A DNA stretch of 64,000 nucleotides, from assembly GCA_963664815.2 (NCBI GenBank), contig CAXXHB010000002.1:544001-608000 (forward strand), given 5' to 3'. The stretch comes from Spirochaetota bacterium (GTDB taxonomy: Bacteria; Spirochaetota; UBA4802; UBA5550). The notes below the pieces were generated by a model, which was not told where the DNA came from, did not search any database, and saw nothing but the letters and a program-made list of their open reading frames with translations. The translations under genes were made by a program, and so were the position numbers. This document shows positions 19,659-29,742 of the stretch, one piece after another (position 1 is the stretch's first letter; every line of letters starts with the position of its first letter).

Positions 19659-20779
19659 ACGGTGAAACTGACCCGCTGAAGAAAACTATTTTAAAGAAAA
19701 AATCTCTTAGGGTAGTAGCTTATCTGGGGCTTGACAGGCCTAACAGGTGCATTGATTATGGTGAACTGCTGTTAAAAAAATTAATTGCAAGTCATCATAC
19801 AATTGCAGGTCTTGTAATTCATCCATCAGACCGGCTTGCTGACCTTGCCCGTAAATACTCTATACCATATATCAGCATACCACAGGAACTCCTTCAACCT
19901 GCGGATAAAATTAAAAAAGCATTGGCAGAAAATCAGCAGTTTATTGAATTTTATAAAATCTGGCTTGGGCATATACGTTCGTTTGGAGCTGATATAGGTA
20001 TTACCATGTGGGCATTATGGATCCCTGCAGAGATCTTTTCAATGCCTCCAATGGGGTTTATAAATTATCATCCTGCCCCTCTTCCGCAGATGAGAGGAAT
20101 GGAACCGGATACCTTTGCAATTCTTGAAGGGCGTAAGGAGATATTCGGAGCTGTCCATAAAGTAAATCATGCATTTGACTGCGGTGAAATTGTATCATGG
20201 ACAAGACATATTAAAATTCACCGGTATGATACTCCGGTTTCTGTTCTTGAGAATCTTAATCGGGAGGGGATCAGCACAATCATACATGTTTTAAACTCGT
20301 TTGCCGATGGAACAGCAAAAGGAGTTCCACAGTATACTGGTGAAGGGACAAGGACAACGCGTGATATGGCGCGTAAAGCTTCATTTATTGACTGGAGGTC
20401 GGATACTGTTGAAATTATTGACCGCAAGCTGAGAGCGTTTTGCGGTCAGGATATAGGTATCAGACTCAAAGCAGAATACCAGGGAACCATTCATAATATA
20501 GTTGATCTTGAAGGATATCATGGGAATTTTTCGGGTAAACCGGGGGATGTACTGGGGTTATATTGCGGGAAAGGTTTTTTTAAAGATCAGCCTGTTATTC
20601 GGGTACTGGATGGCATTATTATTGCACATCTTGGAAAAGTGATTACTCCGCTTTCGTATTCATCAATTTTTTATAATGAATGTCCGCAGGAAAAACTGAT
20701 TCTTCCGGGCAGGAGAAAGAGAATCACAAATCACAAAATGGTAATCCGCAGCATAACGGGATTAAATCAGAAGAATTAA
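19655..20779 (+). CDS. Formyltransferase family protein (Fmt/ArnA N-terminal-like)
   Basis: Catalytic Asn/His/Asp motifs GFINYHPAPLP-RG and VHKVNHAFDCGEI, plus an Fmt-like IDW segment. ATGA overlap with the cyclase. Confidence 0.8.
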   Translation: MNGETDPLKKTILKKKSLRVVAYLGLDRPNRCIDYGELLLKKLIASHHTIAGLVIHPSDRLADLARKYSIPYISIPQELLQPADKIKKALAENQQFIEFYKIWLGHIRSFGADIGITMWALWIPAEIFSMPPMGFINYHPAPLPQMRGMEPDTFAILEGRKEIFGAVHKVNHAFDCGEIVSWTRHIKIHRYDTPVSVLENLNREGISTIIHVLNSFADGTAKGVPQYTGEGTRTTRDMARKASFIDWRSDTVEIIDRKLRAFCGQDIGIRLKAEYQGTIHNIVDLEGYHGNFSGKPGDVLGLYCGKGFFKDQPVIRVLDGIIIAHLGKVITPLSYSSIFYNECPQEKLILPGRRKRITNHKMVIRSITGLNQKN

Positions 20780-20796
20780 TTTATCATGGAAATAAT

Positions 20797-22104
20797 CTAT
20801 TTCTCAGACTGCTGAAGGAAAGCATCAGGGAAATAACCTATTATTGTTTTAACACTGTTATTTGATATTGCCTTTGAGTCATGAATTATGTGTGAATCTT
20901 TGCCTGAGTTTATGGTCAGAGGGATGGCAATTTTTTTATTGCTCCATCCAAGCCATGAGTATTCCGGCAGGAACCGCACAAATCTGTATTTGTCTGAAGG
21001 ATTCATATCCTTCCTGTAGGCATTTCTGGCGTCTTTTATTTCATCGGTGGTGAAATCCACTCCCTTGTATCCTCCGTAGGCGAAAACACCGACGCCAAGA
21101 CCGACTGTTTCAGCGGATTCACCATAAAAACCAAGCGCCATAATTCCAACACCGGCAGCTCCAATAAGAGTAAAAATCAAAAGACCTCCTGCAATGCCGA
21201 ATAATATCCGGGATGTCATTTTTGTTGAACTTACTCCGAATTTTTCAGCATACTTAACATCATCGATAGTATCAGCTATTTCATTGTTACGCGTTTTATG
21301 CCTTGCATACCAACCCGAAGCATCGGGAGTAATAAAAAGATTCATTTTTATGTTTTCATCAATAGTAAGAGAAAGATGCGATTTGTTTCCCATGGCTTTG
21401 AAATCAACATCCCTGAAACCGCGAAGGAATTTATCACCCTTGGGATTCCAGTACGGCTGGTATCCTATACCTCCGAGGATCAGTGTCAGATTCGCCGGAG
21501 GTTCCTCCATTGAGATAAGCTCCCTGATCCATTTCATTGAAGGATTTAAAACAACTGCACGCCTGAAGTCGGCACGGGCATCATCCCACTCGCCGCACAT
21601 ATTCCACAGAACTCCACATATAACTCGCATAAATGCGTCATCGAATCTCCCTTCTTCACTGAACTTATTGCTTAAGAGTATGGCCGCTTTTTTTACCTCA
21701 ACACGGGCTTCAGAAAATTCTCCCCGAAGAGAATAACCCCAGCTTAACAGAAAATGCATCCATATGATTTCATGTTCAGAAGCATAGTAGCCTTCAGGAG
21801 TTTCTACAAAAAAAAAGGATTTTGCCTCGCGGGAAATTTTATATCGTATCTGCTTATCAATTTTTACTGCATAAGCTGCAAGTTTGTCTATGTCAGGATT
21901 TCCTGTTAAAAGATTAAGATATGTTCTTTCCATAACCGTAATGAACCCATTTCCTTCACCAGTTGGAAGAGATTCAATGGCTCTTTTAATATCGCCTGAT
22001 ATCATTGCAGATGATGAAAAATAGTATGAACTTTTTGTGTTTAATGTTGAACAGTTAAGAGTCATTAAAGACAGAATAAGGATTATTGAGATTATTCTAT
22101 TCAT
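20797..22104 (-). CDS. Hypothetical lipoprotein with TPR-like helical region
   Basis: Signal peptide ending LMTLN-C. TPR-like segment (GEWDDARADFRRAVVLNP) and a Gly-rich hydrophobic stretch. Confidence 0.65.
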   Translation of the reverse strand: MNRIISIILILSLMTLNCSTLNTKSSYYFSSSAMISGDIKRAIESLPTGEGNGFITVMERTYLNLLTGNPDIDKLAAYAVKIDKQIRYKISREAKSFFFVETPEGYYASEHEIIWMHFLLSWGYSLRGEFSEARVEVKKAAILLSNKFSEEGRFDDAFMRVICGVLWNMCGEWDDARADFRRAVVLNPSMKWIRELISMEEPPANLTLILGGIGYQPYWNPKGDKFLRGFRDVDFKAMGNKSHLSLTIDENIKMNLFITPDASGWYARHKTRNNEIADTIDDVKYAEKFGVSSTKMTSRILFGIAGGLLIFTLIGAAGVGIMALGFYGESAETVGLGVGVFAYGGYKGVDFTTDEIKDARNAYRKDMNPSDKYRFVRFLPEYSWLGWSNKKIAIPLTINSGKDSHIIHDSKAISNNSVKTIIGYFPDAFLQQSEK

Positions 22105-22318
22105 TTTTTATGTGCCTTTTAATGTTTATATCGTGTAAAAAATGCAGATAAAGCATTCCGGAACATTTATTTCAGTCGTTTTGAATTTATCAAAATATGG
22201 AATCCGCTATAAATAGAATTATGTTGGAACCGGAAATTATGCATATGTAAAAAACACAAACAGTAACATTTGCCGACTATAATTAAAGCTGCATGATGTT
22301 CATCATTTATAGTAAAAT

Positions 22319-22365
22319 ATTATTCTTATATTGACAAATCAGTTTTTTGTCAATATAAGAATAAT
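22319..22365. promoter_or_regulatory. Perfect 20-bp inverted repeat forming a symmetric bidirectional sigma70-type promoter
   Basis: ATTATTCTTATATTGACAAA-N7-TTTGTCAATATAAGAATAAT. Each strand reads TTGACA-N17-TATAAG. Lies between divergent genes. Confidence 0.7.
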
Positions 22366-22828
22366 TAATTTCTGAGCAGAACCTGAATTTTATTATATAG
22401 TATTTGTACAACTGTAGTTTTACTGTGGTTTATAAATAAATCAGATTCTTTTTTTCTCACATAATAAAAAATTACTTTTATAGTTGTTTTTTATTATTAC
22501 ACTTTAGATCTATTGAAAATGTTTTATCTTTCCCGGTTTTAACCGGCTTTTCAACTCTGTTACAGAAGAAAATCAAAATATATTGCTCATGATTATAATA
22601 TTTTAATGAGATAAAAGATCTTGATTTATTTTTTAGATGGCTGTTAGTATAACAATTAAAGGAAATGCTGTTTTTAAAAAAATTTGCAAAAGCGTAGCAG
22701 TCAATTTAATCAAGAATGATATTAAATCTTTCTATCGATAAAATTCTGCGTAATCCATACGAACAACATGCAGAGCAGTATGTAACATAACTGCTGTCAG
22801 AATACAGCAGTGAATAAAGGAGAGTTTT

Positions 22829-23608
22829 ATGAGAAATATAAAATATGGTTTCTGTGCTTTAATGATAATGTTTACTGCATGCGCGAGTTTACCCCCTGAA
22901 GTTCCGCATGGAGAAAACAGCTCAATAATCGGGATTTCAGTCAGGGTTAACAGAATAATGTTCTCACCAAATCCCCACGCTGTTTATTTCATTAAACTGA
23001 ATGAAAAAGACAATATATATATGAGTGATGGTTCTTTCCTGAAATCAAATTTCCATGAAGGGGATCAGTATTATTTTCTTAATGCAGAACCCGGACGCTA
23101 CATTGCAGTTGCGGCATTTAAAGGAAGCGAAACAACAGACGGCCGTGGTAATACTGTAAAAGAGTCACCTGACGATACTGTATATTACTTTCCTCTTGAT
23201 ATGGTACAGTTCACGGATACAAAATTCAAAACAGGTGAAATAGCATTCCTGGGGAAATATACGTTAGATTTGCCTGTCAATTTTGAATATGGCCTTAAAA
23301 ATCCTGATGAATCACAGGTGTATTATTGTAAAAGGCTTCAGCCTAATAAAGCTGAGCCAAGTGCGCTTGGCTGCTGTATAGAGACTCTAATTGCCATTGG
23401 CGGGGGCACGGGTGAAACTGCTGAAGCTGTAAAACTGAAAATGAAAGACAAAAACAGGAAGGCAGAAACTGAGTTCTGGACAAAGGCAAAGAAACATTTC
23501 AGTGAAAGTTCAATACAGGGCGTGCAGGATAAAGAAGAATCAGATAAAATTAAAATCTGGCTGAATATAATAGACAGAAGGCTGAAAAAGATTTCTGAGG
23601 ATCAGTAG
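22829..23608 (+). CDS. Hypothetical lipoprotein
   Basis: RBS AAGGAG and lipobox MFTA-C. No catalytic motif recognised. Confidence 0.75.
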   Translation: MRNIKYGFCALMIMFTACASLPPEVPHGENSSIIGISVRVNRIMFSPNPHAVYFIKLNEKDNIYMSDGSFLKSNFHEGDQYYFLNAEPGRYIAVAAFKGSETTDGRGNTVKESPDDTVYYFPLDMVQFTDTKFKTGEIAFLGKYTLDLPVNFEYGLKNPDESQVYYCKRLQPNKAEPSALGCCIETLIAIGGGTGETAEAVKLKMKDKNRKAETEFWTKAKKHFSESSIQGVQDKEESDKIKIWLNIIDRRLKKISEDQ

Positions 23609-23718
23609 CAGCTAAATGCAGTATTGTTAAATAGCATAATTTAAGATTAATGCTATGCATGGAGAGAGGATTTATAAGCCTGTTTTCACTGCTGCATAAT
23701 CTTGTTTTGCATCACAGA

Positions 23719-26403
23719 TTATACTTTTTCCAGCTTTACTGCACAGGCTTTATATTCGGCAGTTTTTGTCTCGGGATCAAAAACGTTGTTTGTAAGCCAG
23801 TTGGCATTGCCTTCCCGGAAATGAAATGACATCCACACAAGTCCTGCAGATACTTCATCAGTAACCCTTGCCCGCACTTTCACTGAACCGCGGCGCGATG
23901 TAACCTTAACATAATCGTGGTGTTTTATGCCGAGCTTTTCAGCATCAGCGGGGGATATGTCTGCGGTCTCTTCGGAGAGCATCATGTCAAGACCTGATCG
24001 GCCGGTCTGTGTCCTGGTATGGTAGTGGTAAAGCCTGCGTCCTGTGCTGAGAATAAATGGATATTCAATATCAGTTACTTCCGCAGGCGGAGTCCATTCA
24101 ACTGAAGCGAAGAGACCCTTCCCTCGCGTGAATTTTCCGTTTTTGTGCAGAAATTTTGTACCCGGATGTTCCGTGTCAGGGCATGGCCACTGAAGACCGT
24201 CATTTTCGAGTCTGGAATATTTTATGCCTGACAGTGACGGAGCGAGTGTTGAAACTTCCTTATCCCAAATATCCTGCGCGCTTTCAGATTTCCATTCGTA
24301 TCCCATCCGCCTTGCTAATTCCCTGAATACCCACCAGTTCGGCATTGCTATACCTGGCGCATCTTTGATTTTCCTTACCCTGTTTACCCGGCGTTCGCTG
24401 CTGGTGAATGTCCCTTCATCCTCACACCATGCGGCAGCAGGGAAAATTACATGTGCGTACTTTGTCGTATCAGTGTGGAATATATCGTTACATACAATGA
24501 ATTCAGCAGATTCCAGTTCATGATGCACGTGATTCATGTTAGGTTCAGTGTTGGCCAGGTTCTCCCCGAATATGTAAAATCCCCTTATTTTCTTTAACGG
24601 GAGAGATGCCATCATGTCAGGTATCATTATACCAGGTTTTTCCGGAAGATTTGAAACGTCCCATGCTCTCATGAACTTTTCACTGGCAGCAGGATCGTCA
24701 ACTCTCTGGTATCCCGGGAACAGATTCGGTAAAGCGCCCATGTCGCAGGCACCCTGTACATTGTTCTGACCCCTGAGTGGGTTTACACCAGCGCTCTCCA
24801 TCCCCATATTTCCAAGCAGCATCTGGAGGTTTGCTATGGATATGACGTTGTTTTTGCCGCATGTATGTTCAGTAATGCCAAGTGTGTAGCAGACCATTCC
24901 AGGTTTCACTGATGCCATTGTGCGCGCGATAACTCTGATGATATCCGGGTCCACACCGCATATCTCTGACGATCTTTCCGGTGTATAATCCATAACTGTG
25001 GATTTCATTTCATCAAAATGCTCTGTGTTTTCTTCAACGAACTTTTTATCGTATAAATTTTCTGTTATGAGTACATGCATGATTCCGTTAAGGAACGCAA
25101 CGTCAGATCCTGCACGGATTTCTGCGAAGATATCTGCTCTTCGCGCAAGCTCATGCCTGCGCGGATCCACAACAATAATTTTAGCGCCTCGTTTTTTTGC
25201 CCGCTTGACGAAGTATGAAGCAACCGGATGAGCCTCGGTCATGTTTGTCCCTATAAGAAAAAACAGTCTGGCCTTTTCGAACTCAGAAAAAGAATTTGTC
25301 ATAGCCCCTGAACCGAAGGATGCTGCCAGACCGGCAACAGTCGGGGCGTGTCAGGTTCGGGCACAGTGATCAATATTGTTTGTGCCCAGCACCCCCCTGA
25401 AAAATTTCTGCATGTTATACGAGTCTTCGTTGGTGCTCCTCGCGCAGCTGACCCCTGCCAGAGCATCCGGCCCTGATTCATCAATTATCTGTCTGAATTT
25501 TGACGCAACAAGATTGAGCGCCTCATCCCATCCTGCCTCTCTGAAACTTTCCCCTTCCCTGATCAGAGGCGTTTTAAGTCTGTCGTCTGAATATATGAAA
25601 TCGTATCCGTAACGTCCTTTCACACAGAGGTGCCCCCTGTTGGGCTCTGCTCCCTCTGATCCTGTGACACGGATGATACGGTCACCCTTTACGTGCAGTT
25701 CCAGCTGGCACCCTACCCCGCAGTAAGGACATGTAGTACGTACTTTTTTTCTTTCCCACACGCGTCCCATACCTGCACCCTTTTTTTCGATAAGAGCACC
25801 AACAGGGCAGAGCTGGACGCATTCACCGCATTGGACACATGAAGATTCACCCATTGGCTTGTCGTCATCACATATAACCTTTGTAAGATCACCTCTGTAG
25901 CCGAAATCGAGCACCTCATTCACAACAAGATTGTTGCATCCCTCAACGCATCTTCCGCATTTGATGCATTTGTCCTGGTCGCGTCTTATAAAAACGGCAG
26001 AGTCATCTTTCGCAGAAAGCTCTTCTGCGATAAATGCCGGGGCTTCGATCCCCAGCCTGTACGCGGCATTCTGAAGCTCGCAGTCTCCGTTCATTTCGCA
26101 TGAGATACAGTTGTGTTTTCCATTCGAGAGTAGCAGGTTAACTATTAGTTTGCGGGCTTCCATTATACGGTTACTTTCTGTTGTTACCTCCATTCCCGGA
26201 AACGGAAGAAGAGAGCATGCAGTCTGAAGGTTCTGCATGCCTTCAACTTCTATAACGCAGATTCTGCACACTCCGGCCTGTCCTGTTCTCTGATGGTGAC
26301 AAAGCGATGGTATGTAGATTCCGTTTTCTCTTGCAGACTGAAGGACAGTTTTTTCTTTATCAACCGGGATTGCTGTTTTATTTATAAAAAATATATCGTT
26401 CAT
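23719..26403 (-). CDS. fdhF: Selenocysteine-containing formate dehydrogenase alpha subunit (894 aa, UGA at 25353-25351 read as Sec)
   Basis: Two in-frame ORFs join across TGA as [30 protein letters not shown]. N-terminal [2Fe-2S], His/Cys cluster, two [4Fe-4S] motifs and CPYCGVGC. Molybdopterin motifs PLRGQNNVQGACDMG and EYKACAV. Confidence 0.95.
25321..25339 (-). promoter_or_regulatory. Bacterial SECIS element
   Basis: 11 nt 3' of the UGA, the minus strand reads TGTTGCC-GGTCT-GGCAGCA, a 7-bp stem with a GGU-containing loop like the E. coli fdhF SECIS. Confidence 0.85.
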
Positions 26404-26424
26404 TGAGTTGTTTCCTCTTGTAAA

Positions 26425-28188
26425 CTAACATTTTATAAGATCATCAAACTCAGTCCTGAATTTTGAGATCATCGCAATTATCGGTACGGTGAAGGCTTCG
26501 CCCATAGGACAGATTGTAAGTCCACGGATGCTGCTGCAGGTGCGAAGAATGAGATCTATGTCATCCATTTTTCCTCTGCCCGTGACAATTGCACCAAGCC
26601 TGTTTTTTATAATACGAGTTCCCTCTCTGCAGGGGACACACTGGCCGCATGATTCATGATGGTAGAATTCAATTGTCCTCAGTGCAAGTTCCGGAATAGA
26701 CACGAAATCATTTATAACAATGACAGCACCTGAACCGAGAGATGTCCCTTTTTTCAGGCACGAGTCGTAATCGAGTATAAGCCCGTCAGCTTCACCGGCA
26801 GTAATAATTGCCGAAGAGAGACCTCCGGGAATAACTCCTTTAAGGTTTCCTTTCACTCCGCCGGCTGCATTAATCAAGACATTAAGAGGAGTACCAAGCG
26901 GATATTCAAAGATCCCGGGTTTGTTCACATGGCCTGAAATGCCGAAGAGTTTCGGTCCGGAGTTGTTCACTGTTCCAATATTTCTGAAAGCTGCTGCACT
27001 TTTTAAAATAATAAAAGGGACGCATGAAAGTGTTTCAACATTGTTAATCACAGTGGGGAAGCCATATAACCCGCTGTTTGCCGGAAATGGCGGCTTCATC
27101 CTGGGATTACCCCTTTTACCTTCGAGAGATTCTATCTGTGCAGTTTCATCACCGCACACGTATGAACCACCGCCACGATGCACAACAATCTCTGTATGGC
27201 TGAGCAATCCGGCATTCTTCGCTTCGTTTATTGCAGTTTCAAGAATATCTGCGATCCAAGAAAATTCACCGCGTATATATATAAATGCTTTTTCTGCATT
27301 TACCGCACTGGCGCTTATGGCAATCCCCTCAATAAGGAGGTGAGGGTTAAATTCCATTATCTGTCTGTCTTTAAACGTTCCAGGCTCACCTTCATCAGCG
27401 TTGCATATGAGGTAAACAGGACGCTTGTCGTCTTTCGGGAGATAAGACCACTTCAGACCCGCAGGGAAACCGGCACCACCGCGGCCACGTAAGCCAGATT
27501 CTTTAACTTCATCAATAATATCCTCCGGCTTCATGGACAGTGCCTTTGAGAGTGCGCTGTACCCTCCATGTTGTATATAATATGCAAGAGATCTGCATTC
27601 CGGGTTAGTTCTGTCATTGAGGAGTATCCCGAAATGCGATACAACATTTATCGAGGGATCATTAACGGGATCAGCTCCATTTCTCAGCGCGTCTATAAGC
27701 GCATCAATTTTCTCAATGGTCATGTTCTCAAAATAGCGGTCATTTACCTGCAAAACAGGCCCTGTTGCGGATGAACCGAGATCCTGCACAGAAGAGAGTG
27801 TAAACATCCCGTCTGCAGTGGTTTCGCCGTCGCTTATATAAAGTTTGTTGCAGAGATGTTCCATTATTGCATCAGCTCCATGCAGAAATCCAGGTACGCA
27901 TGTATCGAGCTGCAGGTGGTACTTTCCCACCGGCTTTGTGTTGAACATCGTGTAGTAGGTCGATATGCCGTAAACACTGCTCATGCTAATGCCTGTAATA
28001 GCGGCAGCCTTTGACCTGGCATTGCTGTCAAGATAATTGCTGTTTTCTTTCTGCAAATGCTGTAAAACAGGCATAATAGCAGATTTTTTTTCCGGATATT
28101 TATCTGAAATAAATGTATAGGTATTATTTTTTTCTTTTTTCATAAGGGTCTTTTTTTTAAATATATTAATTTCTTTTATCAATTTCAT
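26425..28188 (-). CDS. NuoE-NuoF fusion (NADH/FMN-binding diaphorase subunit of the FDH)
   Basis: Motifs SGLRGRGGAGFP, CNADEGEPGTFKDR, YVCGDET and ESCGQCVPCREG...IC. NuoE-like N-terminus (STYYTMFNTKPVGKYH). The true start may be 28143. Confidence 0.9.
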   Translation of the reverse strand: MKLIKEINIFKKKTLMKKEKNNTYTFISDKYPEKKSAIMPVLQHLQKENSNYLDSNARSKAAAITGISMSSVYGISTYYTMFNTKPVGKYHLQLDTCVPGFLHGADAIMEHLCNKLYISDGETTADGMFTLSSVQDLGSSATGPVLQVNDRYFENMTIEKIDALIDALRNGADPVNDPSINVVSHFGILLNDRTNPECRSLAYYIQHGGYSALSKALSMKPEDIIDEVKESGLRGRGGAGFPAGLKWSYLPKDDKRPVYLICNADEGEPGTFKDRQIMEFNPHLLIEGIAISASAVNAEKAFIYIRGEFSWIADILETAINEAKNAGLLSHTEIVVHRGGGSYVCGDETAQIESLEGKRGNPRMKPPFPANSGLYGFPTVINNVETLSCVPFIILKSAAAFRNIGTVNNSGPKLFGISGHVNKPGIFEYPLGTPLNVLINAAGGVKGNLKGVIPGGLSSAIITAGEADGLILDYDSCLKKGTSLGSGAVIVINDFVSIPELALRTIEFYHHESCGQCVPCREGTRIIKNRLGAIVTGRGKMDDIDLILRTCSSIRGLTICPMGEAFTVPIIAMISKFRTEFDDLIKC

Positions 28189-28468
28189 CAGCGGAATATG
28201 TCAATGGTTTTACAAAAGACGATATAAAATATGATCAATAATATACACTGTGCAATGAATTTAATAAAGTCAAACATGTTCAGGTGAATCAGCCAAAAGT
28301 ACAATGCAGAAGCATTTATTCAATATCTTAAACCGGGTAGTTCTTCAAATAGGCTGCTTCTTGCAGAAAAAAGCGAAGACTTTACGCAAAAAGAAATTCA
28401 TTTTATCGGCTGCTTTTAATTAATTTGACAATGGGATAAAATTTTTTTGGAAAATTATTAAATTAAAT

Positions 28469-28484
28469 ATGACTAAAAAGTCAT
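28469..28484. promoter_or_regulatory. Palindromic putative operator between the divergent nuoEF-fdh and PocR-domain genes
   Basis: ATGACT-AAAA-AGTCAT. Confidence 0.35.
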
Positions 28485-28564
28485 TTATGTTTATCATTTG
28501 ACAATTCCAAGGTATAAATATACCAATTATCAGGATTATTTTATATGCAATATGGAAATCTTTT

Positions 28565-29302
28565 ATGAAACTTGCTGAACTTGCTGATTTAAAAGAACTT
28601 CAGAAACTCTGTGAAAGCTTTACAGCATTCACCAATGCCGTAACAGCAATAATTGATCTGGACGGAAATATTTTTACATCAACAGGGTGGCGGGATATCT
28701 GCACAAACTTCCATCGTGTTAATCCCCATACGGCTTTAAGATGCAGAGAAAGCGATACAGTTCTTTCAGAACAGATAAATAACGGGGATACATATAAAGT
28801 CTACAAATGCAAAAACGGACTTATCGATGTTGCCGTACCGCTTATTATCGGAAATCAACATGTTGCTAACTTTTTTACCGGTCAGTTTTTTTTTGAAAAA
28901 CCGGACAAGGATTACTTTATATGCCAGGCTGAAAAATTCGGATTTGATAAAAAATCCTATATGGATGCACTTGACAGAGTACCAGTCTATTCCGAAGAAT
29001 ATATCTTTAAAATGATGAATTTTCTTACAAATCTTGCTCGCGTTATAGGTGAATCAGAGATGGCCCGGAAAAAAGTTGAAGCCATCCGTGAACAGCTTAT
29101 AATCGAATTGAACAATTCAGAAAAAAAAATTAAGACTCTAAGCGGGCTCCTCCCGATATGTGCTTCTTGTAAAAAAATCAGGAATGATGAGGGTTACTGG
29201 GAACAGATAGAAACATATGTCAGTGAACACACTGAGGCTGACTTCAGTCACAGTATCTGTCCTGATTGTGCAAAAAGACTTTATCCTGAACTGATTATTT
29301 AA
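28565..29302 (+). CDS. PocR ligand-binding domain protein with C-terminal Cys-rich (zinc-ribbon-like) motif
   Basis: PocR motifs GWRDICTNFHR..CRESD, YKCKNGL and TGQF. C-terminus LPICASCKKIR..YWEQIE..FSHSICPDC. Confidence 0.85.
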   Translation: MKLAELADLKELQKLCESFTAFTNAVTAIIDLDGNIFTSTGWRDICTNFHRVNPHTALRCRESDTVLSEQINNGDTYKVYKCKNGLIDVAVPLIIGNQHVANFFTGQFFFEKPDKDYFICQAEKFGFDKKSYMDALDRVPVYSEEYIFKMMNFLTNLARVIGESEMARKKVEAIREQLIIELNNSEKKIKTLSGLLPICASCKKIRNDEGYWEQIETYVSEHTEADFSHSICPDCAKRLYPELII

Positions 29303-29742
29303 ATTTCATTTAAACAGAATCGTATTGAGTACTTAATGTCTGGATTGATACGATTTTCCATAGACCCGCTTTTGCTGAAATACGAAAAAGTAGATTTGTT
29401 TTTCACTATAAGTCAGGTCTTTCTGTGTATCACACGGTAATTATACTACACGAGAATATAATATACAGGTTATTACAATGTATTACATGCATGTAAATAT
29501 TTAACGTAAAAAACGTTTAATAAGAATCATCAGATATAATAGATTACAAACCCAAGTATAGAAACAACATGCATCAATTTTTATTGTTACACCGTTGTTA
29601 ATTATAGAGCTCTCTTTCTGTATATGCACTGTAACTCTTGACGGCATTTAAATTGTTTTTTTCATATAATGAATCATATGTTCGTTTTCCGGTCTTATCA
29701 GAGAGGAGAGAGAACATATACATTTAGCTACATATTTATTAA

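Noticed and set aside
25351-25353. Apparent nonsense mutation or pseudogene splitting fdh
   Set aside because: The in-frame TGA is at the catalytic Sec position and is followed by a SECIS hairpin, so this is recoding rather than decay.
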